DNA of 63,918 bases, counting the filler, from an uncultured bacterium (GTDB lineage Bacteria; CAYJRR01), in assembly GCA_964372275.1 (NCBI GenBank). It is 3 parts of 3 records of this genome, joined end to end, with 100 filler letters (N's around TTAATTAATTAA, not from the genome) between each part and the next. Parts side by side here need not be neighbours in the genome. Positions count along the whole stretch, not along the records: positions 1 to 29,741 come from CAYJRR010000055.1; positions 29,842 to 59,379 come from CAYJRR010000056.1; 1 more part is not named here. One strand, 5' to 3'. This document shows, piece after piece, positions 28,488-39,938 of the stretch; position 1 is the stretch's first letter; the number at the start of each line of letters is the position of its first letter. Position numbers and translations under genes: made by a program. The notes beneath the pieces are model-generated. The model was not told where the DNA came from, did not search any database, and saw only the letters and a program-made list of their open reading frames with translations.

Positions 28488-29687
28488 TCAAATCTCGAGG
28501 AGCATCCGCGCCGGCGTCTCGATCGTCTCCTTGACGCGTCGGAGGAACGTGACCGCGTCGCGGCCGTCGACCACGCGGTGGTCGTAGGTGAGCGCCACGT
28601 ACATCATCGGCCGGACCACCACCTGTCCGTCGCGCGCCACCGGGCGCGACTCGATCGCGTGCATGCCGAGGATCCCGGTCTGGGGCGGATTGACGATCGG
28701 CGTCGAGAGGAGGGAGCCGTAGACGCCGCCGTTGGTGATGGTGAAGGTGCCGCCCGTGAGCTCCTCGAGCGTGAGCCGGCCCCCGTCGGCGCGCGCGGCG
28801 AGGTCGGCGATCGCCCGTTCGACCTCGGCGAAGCTCAAGGTGTGCGCGTCGCGGAGAACCGGGACGACCAGACCTTTCGCGCTCCCCACCGCGATCCCGA
28901 CGTCGAAGTAGTTGCGATAGACGATCGAATCGCCGCGGATCTCGCCGTTCAGGGGCGGCACGAGCTTCAACGCGTCGACGCACGCCTTGACGAAAAAGCT
29001 CATGATGCCGAGTCGCACGCCGTAGCGCTGCTGGAACGGGTCGCGCATCTCCCGGCGGAGCGACTGGACGGCGCCCATGTCGATCTCATTGAAGGTGGTG
29101 AGGAGCGCGGCGTCGCGCTGGGCTCGGACCAGCCGCTCGGCGATGCGGCGGCGGATCAGGCTCATCGGCACGACCTCCTCCTCGCGCCCGTTCGGCCGCG
29201 GTGCCGGCGCGGGCGCCTCGTCGGCCGGCACGCCGCGATCGGCCTCCCGCGCGCGCGCCTCGTCCGGCGCCGCACCGGGGGGCGAAGGCGCGACGCGCTG
29301 GCGGAGGGCGCGACGCGCGGACGGGGAAACGCGCGCTTCGAACGCATGCGGCGCGTGCACCGGGGCCGGCGGGGTTTCCCGGGGCTGGGCCGGCGCGGCC
29401 TCCGCCGGCGGGCGCCGCGGGGCCTCCCCGGGCCGCGGCGCCTCTTCGCGCGCGCCGTCGAGGACGGCGATGACGTCGCCGACACGCGCGCGCTCCCCCG
29501 GACGCTTGCGGACCTCGGCGAGGACGCCGGCCTCCGGCGCGGGGATCTCGAGCGTCGCCTTCTCGGTCTCGATCGTGACGACCGGCTCGTCGCGTTCGAC
29601 CCGCGCCCCCTCCTTCTTGATCCAGTCGACGATCTCCACCTCGCGGATCGACTCCCCCAGCGACGGGACGCGCACCTCAATGGACAT
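28488..29687 (-). CDS. sucB: 2-oxoglutarate dehydrogenase E2 (dihydrolipoyllysine succinyltransferase)
   Basis: Lipoyl domain VPSLGESI...[43 protein letters not shown]. Confidence 0.95.
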   Translation of the reverse strand: MSIEVRVPSLGESIREVEIVDWIKKEGARVERDEPVVTIETEKATLEIPAPEAGVLAEVRKRPGERARVGDVIAVLDGAREEAPRPGEAPRRPPAEAAPAQPRETPPAPVHAPHAFEARVSPSARRALRQRVAPSPPGAAPDEARAREADRGVPADEAPAPAPRPNGREEEVVPMSLIRRRIAERLVRAQRDAALLTTFNEIDMGAVQSLRREMRDPFQQRYGVRLGIMSFFVKACVDALKLVPPLNGEIRGDSIVYRNYFDVGIAVGSAKGLVVPVLRDAHTLSFAEVERAIADLAARADGGRLTLEELTGGTFTITNGGVYGSLLSTPIVNPPQTGILGMHAIESRPVARDGQVVVRPMMYVALTYDHRVVDGRDAVTFLRRVKETIETPARMLLEI

Positions 29688-29741
29688 GCCGAGCCCCCAC
29701 CCGTTCGGGCCACTCCGTGAACGCGCTCTCGAGCAGCCGTT
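29677..29741 (-). CDS. C-terminal fragment of the upstream gene, probably sucA (E1)
   Basis: [20 protein letters not shown]-stop overlapping the sucB start; identity inferred only from the usual gene order. Confidence 0.35.
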
Positions 29742-29841
29742 NNNNNNNNNNNNNNNNNNNNNNNNNNNNNNNNNNNNNNNNNNNNTTAATTAATTAANNN
29801 NNNNNNNNNNNNNNNNNNNNNNNNNNNNNNNNNNNNNNNNN
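29742..29841. other. Artificial contig spacer (44 N + TTAATTAATTAA + 44 N)
   Basis: Six-frame stop linker flanked by Ns; genes on both sides are truncated. Confidence 0.97.
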
Positions 29842-30343
29842 CGAAGGTGTCCGGCGCGGAGTAGTTCTCCCCCCCTGCCTGATAGTTCGCGAAGAACTCG
29901 CGGAGCTCGGCCGGCGAGAAGACGCCGGGCGCACCGTACGGATAGGCGTGGGCCACCGGGCCCTCGGCGCGGTGCCAGTCCATCGAGCCGGTCCAACCCG
30001 ACAGGACCACCTCCGTCGCGCCGTAGCGCGACTGCACCACGCCGGCCTGGTTCAGATAACGGACGATGTTCGGATCGCGGATCACGAGCTGCAGATTCCG
30101 CCGCTCGTCGCGGTTGACGTCGATGACGGCCGCGCCTCCATCGCACGTGAGGAGCTTTTCCCAGGTCACCGGCCATCCCGGGTACCAGGTCGGCGCCGTC
30201 CAGGCGACGGCGGTCGAAACCGACTCGCCCACCACGGCGGCCGGGGAGCTCGATCCCTCGGCGGAGCAATCGACGGACGCATGGGCGGCGATCGGGAGCG
30301 AGGTGAGGAAGGTGAGCGACAGGACACGCGATCGGGCGTTCAT
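29842..30343 (-). CDS. Secreted hypothetical protein, 3'-truncated
   Basis: MNARSRVLSLTFLTSLPIAAHA signal peptide; GAGAGG RBS; runs into the spacer. Confidence 0.65.
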
Positions 30344-30380
30344 GAGGAAACCTCTCGGAGGGGTAGTTGCCCGCGCGCAA

Positions 30381-30396
30381 AGCAATCGGCGTGCCC
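30381..30396 (-). promoter_or_regulatory. Putative sigma54 promoter with upstream AT-rich tract
   Basis: Minus strand GGGCACGCCGATTGCT = GG-N10-GC; A-rich stretch at 30400-30456. Confidence 0.6.
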
Positions 30397-30595
30397 TCGA
30401 AATGAGCAAACATTCACCAAAAAACAAAAGGAAGTTAAGGGTTTCCGATGTATCAATGGGGCACGCATCTCCCGGCGTGGGGCGTCGATCGCCCGCGGCG
30501 GAGGTCGAGTCGTCCGGAGAATCGGATAGAGTCCGGCGCGCATGTCCAGGCCGGTGGCGGAGCGGATTGCCGGCGGCGGTGGCCGAGGAGTTCCC

Positions 30596-31309
30596 ATGAA
30601 CCGTCGAGTTGCACTCGGAGCGATCGGCGGGGCGGGCGCCTTGTTACTCGAGGGGACGATCGCCGTGGCGGAGACGAGGGAACAGCCGTTCGAACCGGGG
30701 AAGCACGAGATCAAGCCGCTGCCGTTCGACGCCAAGAAGCTCTCCGGGATCTCCGAACGGATGATCCTGTCGCATCACGAGAGCAACTACGGCGGCGCGG
30801 TGAAGAACCTCAACCGGACGGAGGTCGAGATCGCGAAGCTCACGAAGGATGCCCCCGGATTCCTGGTGTCCGGACTGCGCGAGCGCGAGCTCGTCTTCTC
30901 CAACTCGCTCGCGCTGCACGAGCTCTACTTCGGGAACCTCGGCGGCGACGGGAAGCCGGCGGGCGGCGTCCAGAAGGCGCTCGCCGCGACCTGGGGCGGT
31001 TTCGACCGGTTCGAGAGCGGGTTCCGGGCGACCGGCATGAGCCTCGGCGGCGGCAGCGGCTGGACGATCCTGGACTACGACCTCCATGGCGGCGGCCTGC
31101 GCGTGCGGTGGTCGGGCAATCACAGCCAGAGTCCCGCGTCGAGCGTCCCGTTGCTCGTCCTCGACATGTACGAGCACGCCTACGCGATCGACTACGGGGC
31201 GGCGGCGGCGAAATACGTCGACGCCTTCTGGCAAAACGTCCGTTGGGAGGAGGTCGATCGCCGATTCGAACGTGCGCGCAAAGCGCACGCGGCGCTGCGC
31301 GGTCAGTAG
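30596..31309 (+). CDS. Fe/Mn superoxide dismutase, ChrC-like subfamily, with twin-Arg-like signal
   Basis: GAGGAG RBS; MNRRVALG...; HHESNYGGAV, LHELYF, GGGSGW, LDMYEHAY. Confidence 0.85.
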   Translation: MNRRVALGAIGGAGALLLEGTIAVAETREQPFEPGKHEIKPLPFDAKKLSGISERMILSHHESNYGGAVKNLNRTEVEIAKLTKDAPGFLVSGLRERELVFSNSLALHELYFGNLGGDGKPAGGVQKALAATWGGFDRFESGFRATGMSLGGGSGWTILDYDLHGGGLRVRWSGNHSQSPASSVPLLVLDMYEHAYAIDYGAAAAKYVDAFWQNVRWEEVDRRFERARKAHAALRGQ

Positions 31310-32559
31310 AGCCAACCCCGGGCGATTCCGACGGCGGCTCCCGCTCCGACCACGACCAGCGCGCTGATCCGAATTCGCCACAGGACGAAGAACGCCGCCG
31401 TGGCGAGGGCCGCCGACGGGAGATCGCGAATGCTCTGGGGAACGACGTTCGCGGACATCGCGAGGATGAGACCGATCGTGCCGGCGGAAACGCCGTGAAG
31501 GAACGACCGCGCGTACGGCAGGCGCTCGACGGATTCGATGTAGCGTCCGAGACCGAGCACCAGGACGAAGCTCGGAAGGAAAAGGAAGACGCCGCTCACG
31601 ACCGCGCCGCGGAGTCCGGCGGCCAGGTACGACAGGAAGATCGCGACCGAGACGAGCGGGCCCGGCGTCGTCTCGCCCATCGCGAGCGCGTCCACCATCT
31701 GCTCGTCGTCGACCCAGCCGTGCACGCCGACCATCTGCTCCCGCAAGTAGGGGAGCACGGTGTACGCCCCGCCGAAGGTGACGAGCGCGGCCTTCGTGTT
31801 GACCCAGGCGATCTCACCGAGACGGCCGGCGGACGCGGTCGAGGATGCGGCCGGGTGCCGATCCTGCGGGGTCTCGCGCGGTGAGAACAGGAAACCGGAG
31901 GCGATCGCGGCGGCGAGCATGCCGATGAGGAGGCGCGGTCGGAACGTCTCCGGGAGCGGCGCCCTCCCTTCCGGAAGTCTCAGTCCGACGAGTCCGCATG
32001 CGAGGAGCAGCAGGAGAAACGGGACGCCGAGGACGAAGCTGGCGACGAACGCCGCCGCCGTCAGGACGAACGTCGCGATGCCCGCGAGGGCGCGCGAGGC
32101 GAGGCGCATGACCGCGGCGGCGATCAAGGCGACGGCGACGGGACGGATGCCGTCGAGCGCACCCCGGACGACGCGAAGGTTGCCGTGTTCCGAGTAGAGC
32201 CAGGCCAGCGCCGTCAGCGCGACGAACCCCGGCGCGATGAAGAAGAGACCCGCCACGATGCCGCCGAAGGGTCCCCGACGTAGGTAGCCGAGATGGATCG
32301 CGAGCTCCAGCGCCTCCGGGCCGGGGAGAACGTTCGCGAAGTTCAGCAGGTGGACGAACTCACTGTCGGTGAGCCACCTCCGCTTCTCGACCGCGAGATC
32401 GTGCATGAAACCGATCTGCGCGACGGGGCCCCCGAACGTGTTCAGTCCGATCCAGGCGAACGTGCGCAGGAACTCCGGCCAGGGATCGCGGCGCTCCGGC
32501 GGCAAGGGCCGGGGCGCGAGGGGGGACGCATTTGCGAAGCGACCTCTTTCACCGTCCAC
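31303..32559 (-). CDS. chrA: Chromate efflux transporter (long-chain CHR)
   Basis: IGLNTFGGPVAQIG, LPGPEA, TFGGAYTVLP, ETTPGPL, FLFLPSF; two homologous halves. Confidence 0.92.
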   Translation of the reverse strand: MDGERGRFANASPLAPRPLPPERRDPWPEFLRTFAWIGLNTFGGPVAQIGFMHDLAVEKRRWLTDSEFVHLLNFANVLPGPEALELAIHLGYLRRGPFGGIVAGLFFIAPGFVALTALAWLYSEHGNLRVVRGALDGIRPVAVALIAAAVMRLASRALAGIATFVLTAAAFVASFVLGVPFLLLLLACGLVGLRLPEGRAPLPETFRPRLLIGMLAAAIASGFLFSPRETPQDRHPAASSTASAGRLGEIAWVNTKAALVTFGGAYTVLPYLREQMVGVHGWVDDEQMVDALAMGETTPGPLVSVAIFLSYLAAGLRGAVVSGVFLFLPSFVLVLGLGRYIESVERLPYARSFLHGVSAGTIGLILAMSANVVPQSIRDLPSAALATAAFFVLWRIRISALVVVGAGAAVGIARGWLY

Positions 32560-32598
32560 GGACCGAGACGTTACCCCGATCTACCGGGCGACGAACGA

Positions 32599-32675
32599 TG
32601 GCGGGCCCAAGAGGATTCGAACCTCTGGCCTTCGGATTCGTAGTCCGACGCTCTATCCAGCTGAGCTATGGGCCC
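32599..32675 (-). tRNA. tRNA-Arg(ACG)
   Basis: GGGCCCATAGCTCAGCTGGATAGAGCGTCGGACT-ACG-AATCCGAAGGCCAGAGGTTCGAATCCTCTTGGGCCCGCCA. Confidence 0.97.
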
Positions 32676-32692
32676 GATGCTGCCGGCGCGGC

Positions 32693-32721
32693 ATGTTGCC
32701 GGCCCGGCTCGCGGCGGGCAA
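32693..32721 (-). promoter_or_regulatory. Putative sigma70 promoter for tRNA-Arg
   Basis: TTGCCC-N17-CAACAT on the minus strand. Confidence 0.35.
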
Positions 32722-32775
32722 GCGAAAAAGCCCGGCGAGAACCGATGCCGGCCGCCTCGCGGGGCCGCGGCGCGG

Positions 32776-33330
32776 CTAGAACGGCTCGATGTACCAGCAG
32801 CCGGTGGCGGTGCCGGAGACGCTGTCGCCGGTGCAGTAGGGGTCCTCTTTGAGCGCCTTCAGCTCCCAGCGATACTCTTCGGCCCCCTCCTCCTCGGTGT
32901 CGATCGACCAGATCCGGGAGACGAAGCCGCCGGTCTCGCAGTTTCCAACCGACAGGTTCCGCGCGGAGTCGATGACGTAGCCGCGCCCCTCGGACGAGCC
33001 GCCCTGCATGATCAGGTCTTCGAACTCGACGTAGACGTAGGCGACGCCGAACTCCGAGCCACTTCCGTACACCAGGCTGATGTCGAGGTAGCCGACGTCT
33101 TCGCCGCCCGCGTTCATGAACGTCCCGCCGCCGTTCGCGGTGACGATGCTGAGCGAGCTTCCGTACACGTTGCTCTCGAGCTTCAGCGTGTCCTCGGCAT
33201 CGCAGGTGATCGACGGGGGCGTGTCGCCGTCGTCGTCGTCATCGCCGGCGTCGTCGTCGTCATCGCCGTTGCAGGCCGAGGCGACGGAGAGAAGCAGACC
33301 GCTCACGAGCAGCAACAGGACCTTCCTCAT
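32776..33330 (-). CDS. Acidic lipoprotein, unknown function
   Basis: Lipobox ASAC followed by a poly-Asp linker; four further Cys. Confidence 0.75.
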   Translation of the reverse strand: MRKVLLLLVSGLLLSVASACNGDDDDDAGDDDDDGDTPPSITCDAEDTLKLESNVYGSSLSIVTANGGGTFMNAGGEDVGYLDISLVYGSGSEFGVAYVYVEFEDLIMQGGSSEGRGYVIDSARNLSVGNCETGGFVSRIWSIDTEEEGAEEYRWELKALKEDPYCTGDSVSGTATGCWYIEPF

Positions 33331-33333
33331 CCG

Positions 33334-34023
33334 TCAACGCCCCCCCTGGGTATTCCCCGTCGCCGATCGTAACACCGTACGTCGCGACGTCCGTGCGCGC
33401 AGGCCGGCCAATCCGGTGTTGGCGTGGAACGGCACGTTTCCCGTCTCCACCCGCACGTGCATGCCGGCGACGAGGTCGGCGACGTGCGCCTTCATTCCTT
33501 GCGCGCGGACGCTCTCCCACACCGATCGCACCACCGATCCGCCGTCGGCCGTCTGCTCGACGTCGAAGTAGGCGTTCCCGGCGAAGTCACCTCCGAGCCG
33601 GACGGGGATCCGGTAGAGACTCCGGCCGTCCGGGAGCCGATGGCGGACCGGCGGCCCCATCTGGACCGTCACGTGCGTCGGTCCGAACCCGCCGACCTCG
33701 AGCGGGGAGAAGTCGAACGAATGGCGGCCGTCCGGTCCGTACCGGAAGTTCCAGGCCCGGCCGTGGTTCCACCAGCGCCCCCAATCGCCGTTCATCCAGG
33801 TGAGGGCGACCTCGGGCGGCACGTCGAGCTTGACGACCGTGGCGGCCGTGATCGCGCCGTCGTCGGCGACGACGTGGTGTCCGGCCAGGCCGGTATCGCG
33901 AAACGCCGGTTCGAGGTCCCGCAGGAGATCGGCGACGCGGTCCTGCGGCGCCGGACAGTCGCCGTCGAACGGTGCCGCGCGCGCGATCGTCGCCAGGAAG
34001 GCGATCGATCGCCACCGACGCAC
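33334..34023 (-). CDS. Hypothetical protein (weak SRPBCC-like pattern)
   Basis: Coding-like ORF directly upstream of 33330; VKLDVPPEVAL..W..WW; start uncertain. Confidence 0.5.
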   Translation of the reverse strand: MRRWRSIAFLATIARAAPFDGDCPAPQDRVADLLRDLEPAFRDTGLAGHHVVADDGAITAATVVKLDVPPEVALTWMNGDWGRWWNHGRAWNFRYGPDGRHSFDFSPLEVGGFGPTHVTVQMGPPVRHRLPDGRSLYRIPVRLGGDFAGNAYFDVEQTADGGSVVRSVWESVRAQGMKAHVADLVAGMHVRVETGNVPFHANTGLAGLRARTSRRTVLRSATGNTQGGR

Positions 34024-34231
34024 CTCCGAGCCACCGCCGAACGCGCATCGGAGCCCCCCTTCGCGACTCCGAATCTATCGCGGGCCGACACGGCGGAGAA
34101 CGGATCGGTCCTCGAATGGGATCGCGATGCCTCGCACCGGTCACTCGGCTCACCGGCGAATCTCGAGGCACGTTGGGGCGCGTGCGTCCCAGGGAGGCGC
34201 CAACCGTCCGACGTCTCCACGATTTCTTCAC

Positions 34232-34247
34232 CGGCACGAACGGTGCT
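34232..34247 (+). promoter_or_regulatory. Putative sigma54 promoter
   Basis: CGGCACGAACGGTGCT = GG-N10-GC, about 38 nt before ATG 34286. Confidence 0.5.
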
Positions 34248-34285
34248 CTCCCAGGGCGTGAACCGGATCAATTCGGAGGAGCACC

Positions 34286-35146
34286 ATGAAGAGGCTGGTG
34301 TCGGCGCTCGGTGTGGTCGTCGTCTGTTCGAACGCGTTCGCGAACGAAGAGGTTCCGTGCGTGGAGGGGCCGGTCGACGCCCCCGCCGACACGATCGGCG
34401 CGCTCGCCGAGGTGGCCGGCACGAGTCCGATCGATCGATGCCTCGAGCGGCCTCGGCCGGAGCGGCCGACGGAGATGGACATCCGCGATCACATCGAGGA
34501 GATCCAGCTTTGCCTCCGGTCGGTCAACGACGACGCGGTGCCGACGTTGAAGGCGACGATCGCCAGGGTCGATCCGGAGTTGAGCCAGGCGTTCGGGCTG
34601 GAGAAGATCCGGACCTCGCTCTACGGGCTCTGCCAGGATCTCGCCGACGCGAGCGATTCGGCGCACGGCACGATGGCCCGCGTCTACCGCGACGACTGCC
34701 GCAAGGATTCGGAAAAACTGATCGGCGAATGGACCGAGTCGGTGGTCGGCTTCGGCGGCGAGCTGCGCGAGATCCGCCCCGCCGTCGCCGACTACCCGAA
34801 GTGCTACGCCGAATTCGACGCCGCGCCCCCCGCGACCGGGATGATGGACATGCGCATGCTCGCCGGAACGCTGACGTCGTGCGTCCAGGAGACGAACGTC
34901 ACGTTCCTCGGGAAGCGGATGACCGACAACATCGTCCGCTCCTTTCCCGATCGGACGCGGACCGCCGTCACGGCCCGGGTCGCGTCGTCGATCGGCGCCT
35001 CCCACGAGGCCGCCGACGAGCTCTGCTACGGCCTGTCGCAGGCCGGCGGCGAAGCCGGCGGCACCCTCGCGCTGCTCGAGGCCTCCGCCTGCGGCCGCAC
35101 GGCGGCCGAAGGGATCGGCGCCCTGATCCGCACCTACGCCCGTTGA
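34286..35146 (+). CDS. Secreted Cys-rich helical hypothetical protein
   Basis: GGAGGAG RBS; signal peptide ending AFA; regularly spaced Cys. Confidence 0.7.
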   Translation: MKRLVSALGVVVVCSNAFANEEVPCVEGPVDAPADTIGALAEVAGTSPIDRCLERPRPERPTEMDIRDHIEEIQLCLRSVNDDAVPTLKATIARVDPELSQAFGLEKIRTSLYGLCQDLADASDSAHGTMARVYRDDCRKDSEKLIGEWTESVVGFGGELREIRPAVADYPKCYAEFDAAPPATGMMDMRMLAGTLTSCVQETNVTFLGKRMTDNIVRSFPDRTRTAVTARVASSIGASHEAADELCYGLSQAGGEAGGTLALLEASACGRTAAEGIGALIRTYAR

Positions 35147-35147
35147 T

Positions 35148-36404
35148 TCACGTCGCTTCGGCGCCGGACGCGGGCCCCTCGAGAAACCACGCCTGGATCG
35201 GGCCCTTCCCCTTCGCCTCGACCGCGCCGCGGTCCACGAAGCGGAACCGTTCTCCGAGGCGCCGGCGAACCCGGTCCGTCACCTGGATGCGCCCCGGCTC
35301 CCCCGTCGACTCCATCCGACTGGCCACGTTCACCGTGTCGCCCCAGAGGTCGTAGAGCCTGCGCTGCTCTCCGATGACGCCGGCGACGGCGGGACCGACG
35401 TGCATCCCGACGCGGACGTCGATCCGGTGGCCGTGGAGCGCGCGCCCGCTCACCCGCTCGCGGACCGCCAGCGCTACCCGCGCGAGCGCGTCCAGATGGT
35501 CCTCCCTCGGTCGCGGAACGTTGGAGGCCACCATGTAGCAGTCTCCGATCGTCTTGATCTTGCAGAGACCCTCGGCCGCGACGCAGCGATCGATCTCCTC
35601 GAAGATCTCCGACAGGAACCGGACGAGCTGCGTCGGCGGCAGCTCCGATGCGAGGCGGGTGAAGCCGACCATGTCCGCGAACAGGACGCCGACGTCGTCG
35701 TGCAGGTCGGCGATGACCTCCCCGGCCCTCAATCGCCCCGCGACGGACGGCGGAAGGGCGTCGCCGAGCAGCGCGTCCGATCGCGCGCGCTCGCGCTCCA
35801 CCTGGCGCAGGACCAGTCCGCGGAGCTCGACCGTCCACGCCATGACCGCGCCCATGCACGCGGCGAAGAGGACGTGGTTCGGAATGGCGGTGCTCGCGCG
35901 GACCTCTTCCGGGATCTCGGTGGGCAGCGTCCCGAGCGCGCCCGCGGCGATGACGAGGAGGAGCTGGATCGCGGTCCACGCCGCGGCGTGCCGCCACCCG
36001 AGGAGCGCCGCCGCGAACACGATGTTGGCGATGCCCCACATCGGCTGGCCGGAGTCGGCCAGACCACCCTCGGGGATCACGTTGACCCACGTCGTCAGCG
36101 CGACGACGGCGAGCCACACGTGGACGATGAGCGCGAAGTGCGTGCCGAGCGCCGCGAACACCACGAGCAACGCCAGGGAGGAGACGCCGCCGATCGCCGT
36201 GGACAAGGGCATGATCGGCGGAGCTCCCGTAGCGAGGAGCGCGGTCGTCGCGATCGTGTAGAACACCGCGTTCAACCCCATCAGGCCGACCGCGAGCCGG
36301 CGCGCGTAGGCCTCGACCGGGGGAAGCCCCGCGGTGAGCTCGGGTCCACCGATCCGGCGTGTCCAGCCGAGGCCGAAGGGTGCGACGTCGTGGTCGACGG
36401 GCAT
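35148..36404 (-). CDS. Membrane-bound class III adenylate cyclase
   Basis: About 6 TM helices; LFADMVGFT, KIKTIGDCYM, GMHVGP, YDLWGDTVNVASRMES (Lys/Asp ATP-specifying residues), KGKG. Confidence 0.92.
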   Translation of the reverse strand: MPVDHDVAPFGLGWTRRIGGPELTAGLPPVEAYARRLAVGLMGLNAVFYTIATTALLATGAPPIMPLSTAIGGVSSLALLVVFAALGTHFALIVHVWLAVVALTTWVNVIPEGGLADSGQPMWGIANIVFAAALLGWRHAAAWTAIQLLLVIAAGALGTLPTEIPEEVRASTAIPNHVLFAACMGAVMAWTVELRGLVLRQVERERARSDALLGDALPPSVAGRLRAGEVIADLHDDVGVLFADMVGFTRLASELPPTQLVRFLSEIFEEIDRCVAAEGLCKIKTIGDCYMVASNVPRPREDHLDALARVALAVRERVSGRALHGHRIDVRVGMHVGPAVAGVIGEQRRLYDLWGDTVNVASRMESTGEPGRIQVTDRVRRRLGERFRFVDRGAVEAKGKGPIQAWFLEGPASGAEAT

Positions 36405-36432
36405 GCGGGATCTCGGACAGAGAAGTCGATGA

Positions 36433-36457
36433 AGGGGGTTCCCGAAGGAACCCCTCT
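36433..36457 (-). terminator. Stable cUUCGg hairpin 3' of the tRNA pair (terminator or processing site)
   Basis: Minus strand AGGGGTTCC-TTCG-GGAACCCCC; U-tail weak. Confidence 0.45.
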
Positions 36458-36474
36458 CCGTGCTTCGCGTGAGC

Positions 36475-36568
36475 TGGCGGAGAGAATGGGATTTGAACCC
36501 ATGCTACCCGGTTTCCCAGGTAGACCCGCTTAGCAGGCGGGCGCCTTAGACCACTCGGCCATCTCTCC
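36475..36568 (-). tRNA. tRNA-Ser(GCT)
   Basis: GGAGAGATGGCCGAGTGGTCTAAGGCG...CT-GCT-AA..., long variable arm, GTTCAAATC, CCA end. Confidence 0.96.
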
Positions 36569-36602
36569 AGGTGCTGCGTGCGGCGGCGAACGTTCGAACC
36601 GG

Positions 36603-36693
<91 letters not shown>

Positions 36694-36760
36694 GATGTAA
36701 AAGAGCGCCCCTTTCGATGCCCGATCGGGGTCGACGGACTATACGACGTAAGATGCTCGC

Positions 36761-37141
36761 ATGGCGATTCCGGTCACCTCCCTCTACGGAGGGCTCTGTG
36801 CGCTCCTCACGGTGGGCCTCGGGCTGAACGTCAGCGTCCTTCGCCTCCGCACCGGGACCTACGTCGGCAAGGAGTTGCCGAAGCCGCTCGTGCGGCCGGT
36901 GCGGGCGCACGGCAACGCGGCGGAGTGGGTGCCGCTCGGGATCGTGTTGCTCGCCGTGCTCGAGCTGTCGGGCGCCTCCTCGGGACTGCTGCACGTCGCG
37001 GGCGGCACCTTTCTCGCGGCGCGCGCGCTTCACGCCTTCGGGGTCTTGGCGAAGAACCGCAGCGGCATGGCGGGGGCCACCCTCACCTACCTCGTCGTCG
37101 CGGCGATGGGCGCGGAGGCGATCCGGCTCCACTTCGCCTGA
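36761..37141 (+). CDS. MAPEG family membrane protein (YecN-like)
   Basis: LYGGL..LL..GL..NV..LR; RAHGNAAEWVP; RALHA.G. Confidence 0.88.
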   Translation: MAIPVTSLYGGLCALLTVGLGLNVSVLRLRTGTYVGKELPKPLVRPVRAHGNAAEWVPLGIVLLAVLELSGASSGLLHVAGGTFLAARALHAFGVLAKNRSGMAGATLTYLVVAAMGAEAIRLHFA

Positions 37142-37145
37142 CGCG

Positions 37146-38865
<1,720 letters not shown>

Positions 38866-38869
<4 letters not shown>

Positions 38870-39294
38870 TCGCCCTCGACACGAACCTGCTGGTCTACGC
38901 GCACCGCGCCGGCACGCCCGAACACGACCGGGCCAAGAAGGCGCTGGCGAGGGCGATCCGCGATCCTCGGGGTTTCGGGATCGCCGTCTCCTGCCTCCCG
39001 GAGTTCTGGAGCGTGGTCACACACCCTGCCGCGGCCGGCCGACCCTCCACGCCGCGTGAGGCCCGGGACTTCCTCCGGGCGCTCGTCGAGGACGGAGGGG
39101 GCTCGGTGTGGACCCCGACTCCTGGATTCGGAGAGCGTCTCGTTCGCCTGGCCGCCGACCGGGACGTCGGCGGTCCCCGGATCTTCGACCTGTCGATCGC
39201 GCTGCTCGCCTTCGAGAACAACGCGCAGGAGCTCTGGACCCACGATCGCTCGTTCGAGGGCGTGCCGGGACTCGAGATCGTCGATCCGCTCTAG
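38866..39294 (+). CDS. VapC PIN-domain ribonuclease toxin
   Basis: MIALDTNLLVYA, EF..V.T, IFD..IA, LWTHDRSF. Confidence 0.92.
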
Positions 39295-39875
39295 AAGTAG
39301 AGGCTCATGCCGATCCGGATCAGGCGGGCGTCGTCGGCGGCGAACGGGTGGGCCGGCGCCGAGGGGTCGGACGGCTGCCGTTCGTAGAAGATCCAGCGGC
39401 CGTCGATCTCGAGCGCGAGTCGCCCGATCTCCATCTCGCCGCCGAAGCCGGCGTGGAGGCCGGAGCGCACCCAGCCCTGCGCGTCGCCGCTCGCGTCGTC
39501 GTAGAGGCTGGTGCTTTCGACGGTCACCCCGCCGAGTCCGTAGAGGTGGAAGGGACAGCCGTCGGTGAGGTAGCCGAGGATCGACAGCTGCGCCGGCAAC
39601 GTCTGGATCGTCACCGGATCGAGGCTCGTCGCGGTGTAGGGCTGGAAGAAGGTGGCGTTCCCTTCGAGCATCACCTTCGGATCGACCTGTACGCGGGCCA
39701 CGGCGCCGACGCCGCGCGCCGCGCCGGCGCCGCCGAACGGGTCGTACCAGGCGGAGTGCATCCCGAATCCGATCTGGGGATGCGCGGGGAAGGGGCGGCG
39801 GGCGTGGTCGGCGCGCGCCATCGCGGGGGTCGCGACGCCGAGTGTGACGACGCAGGCCAGGAGGGTTGCTTTCAT
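39291..39875 (-). CDS. Small outer-membrane beta-barrel protein
   Basis: Signal peptide ARA; amphipathic strands; C-terminal IGMSLYF. Confidence 0.75.
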   Translation of the reverse strand: MKATLLACVVTLGVATPAMARADHARRPFPAHPQIGFGMHSAWYDPFGGAGAARGVGAVARVQVDPKVMLEGNATFFQPYTATSLDPVTIQTLPAQLSILGYLTDGCPFHLYGLGGVTVESTSLYDDASGDAQGWVRSGLHAGFGGEMEIGRLALEIDGRWIFYERQPSDPSAPAHPFAADDARLIRIGMSLYF

Positions 39876-39938
39876 GCGAAGAAAGACGCGCCGGAACGGC
39901 GCGCTATTCGGTCCGGAAAGGATCGGGACGGCGCGGCG

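Noticed and set aside
29786-29797. TTAATTAATTAA palindrome (also 59424-59435)
   Set aside because: Identical N-flanked six-frame stop linker added when contigs were concatenated; not biological
33226-33265. GAC-rich trinucleotide runs (also about 22069-22086)
   Set aside because: They encode poly-Asp linkers after lipoprotein Cys; coding low-complexity sequence, not a separate element
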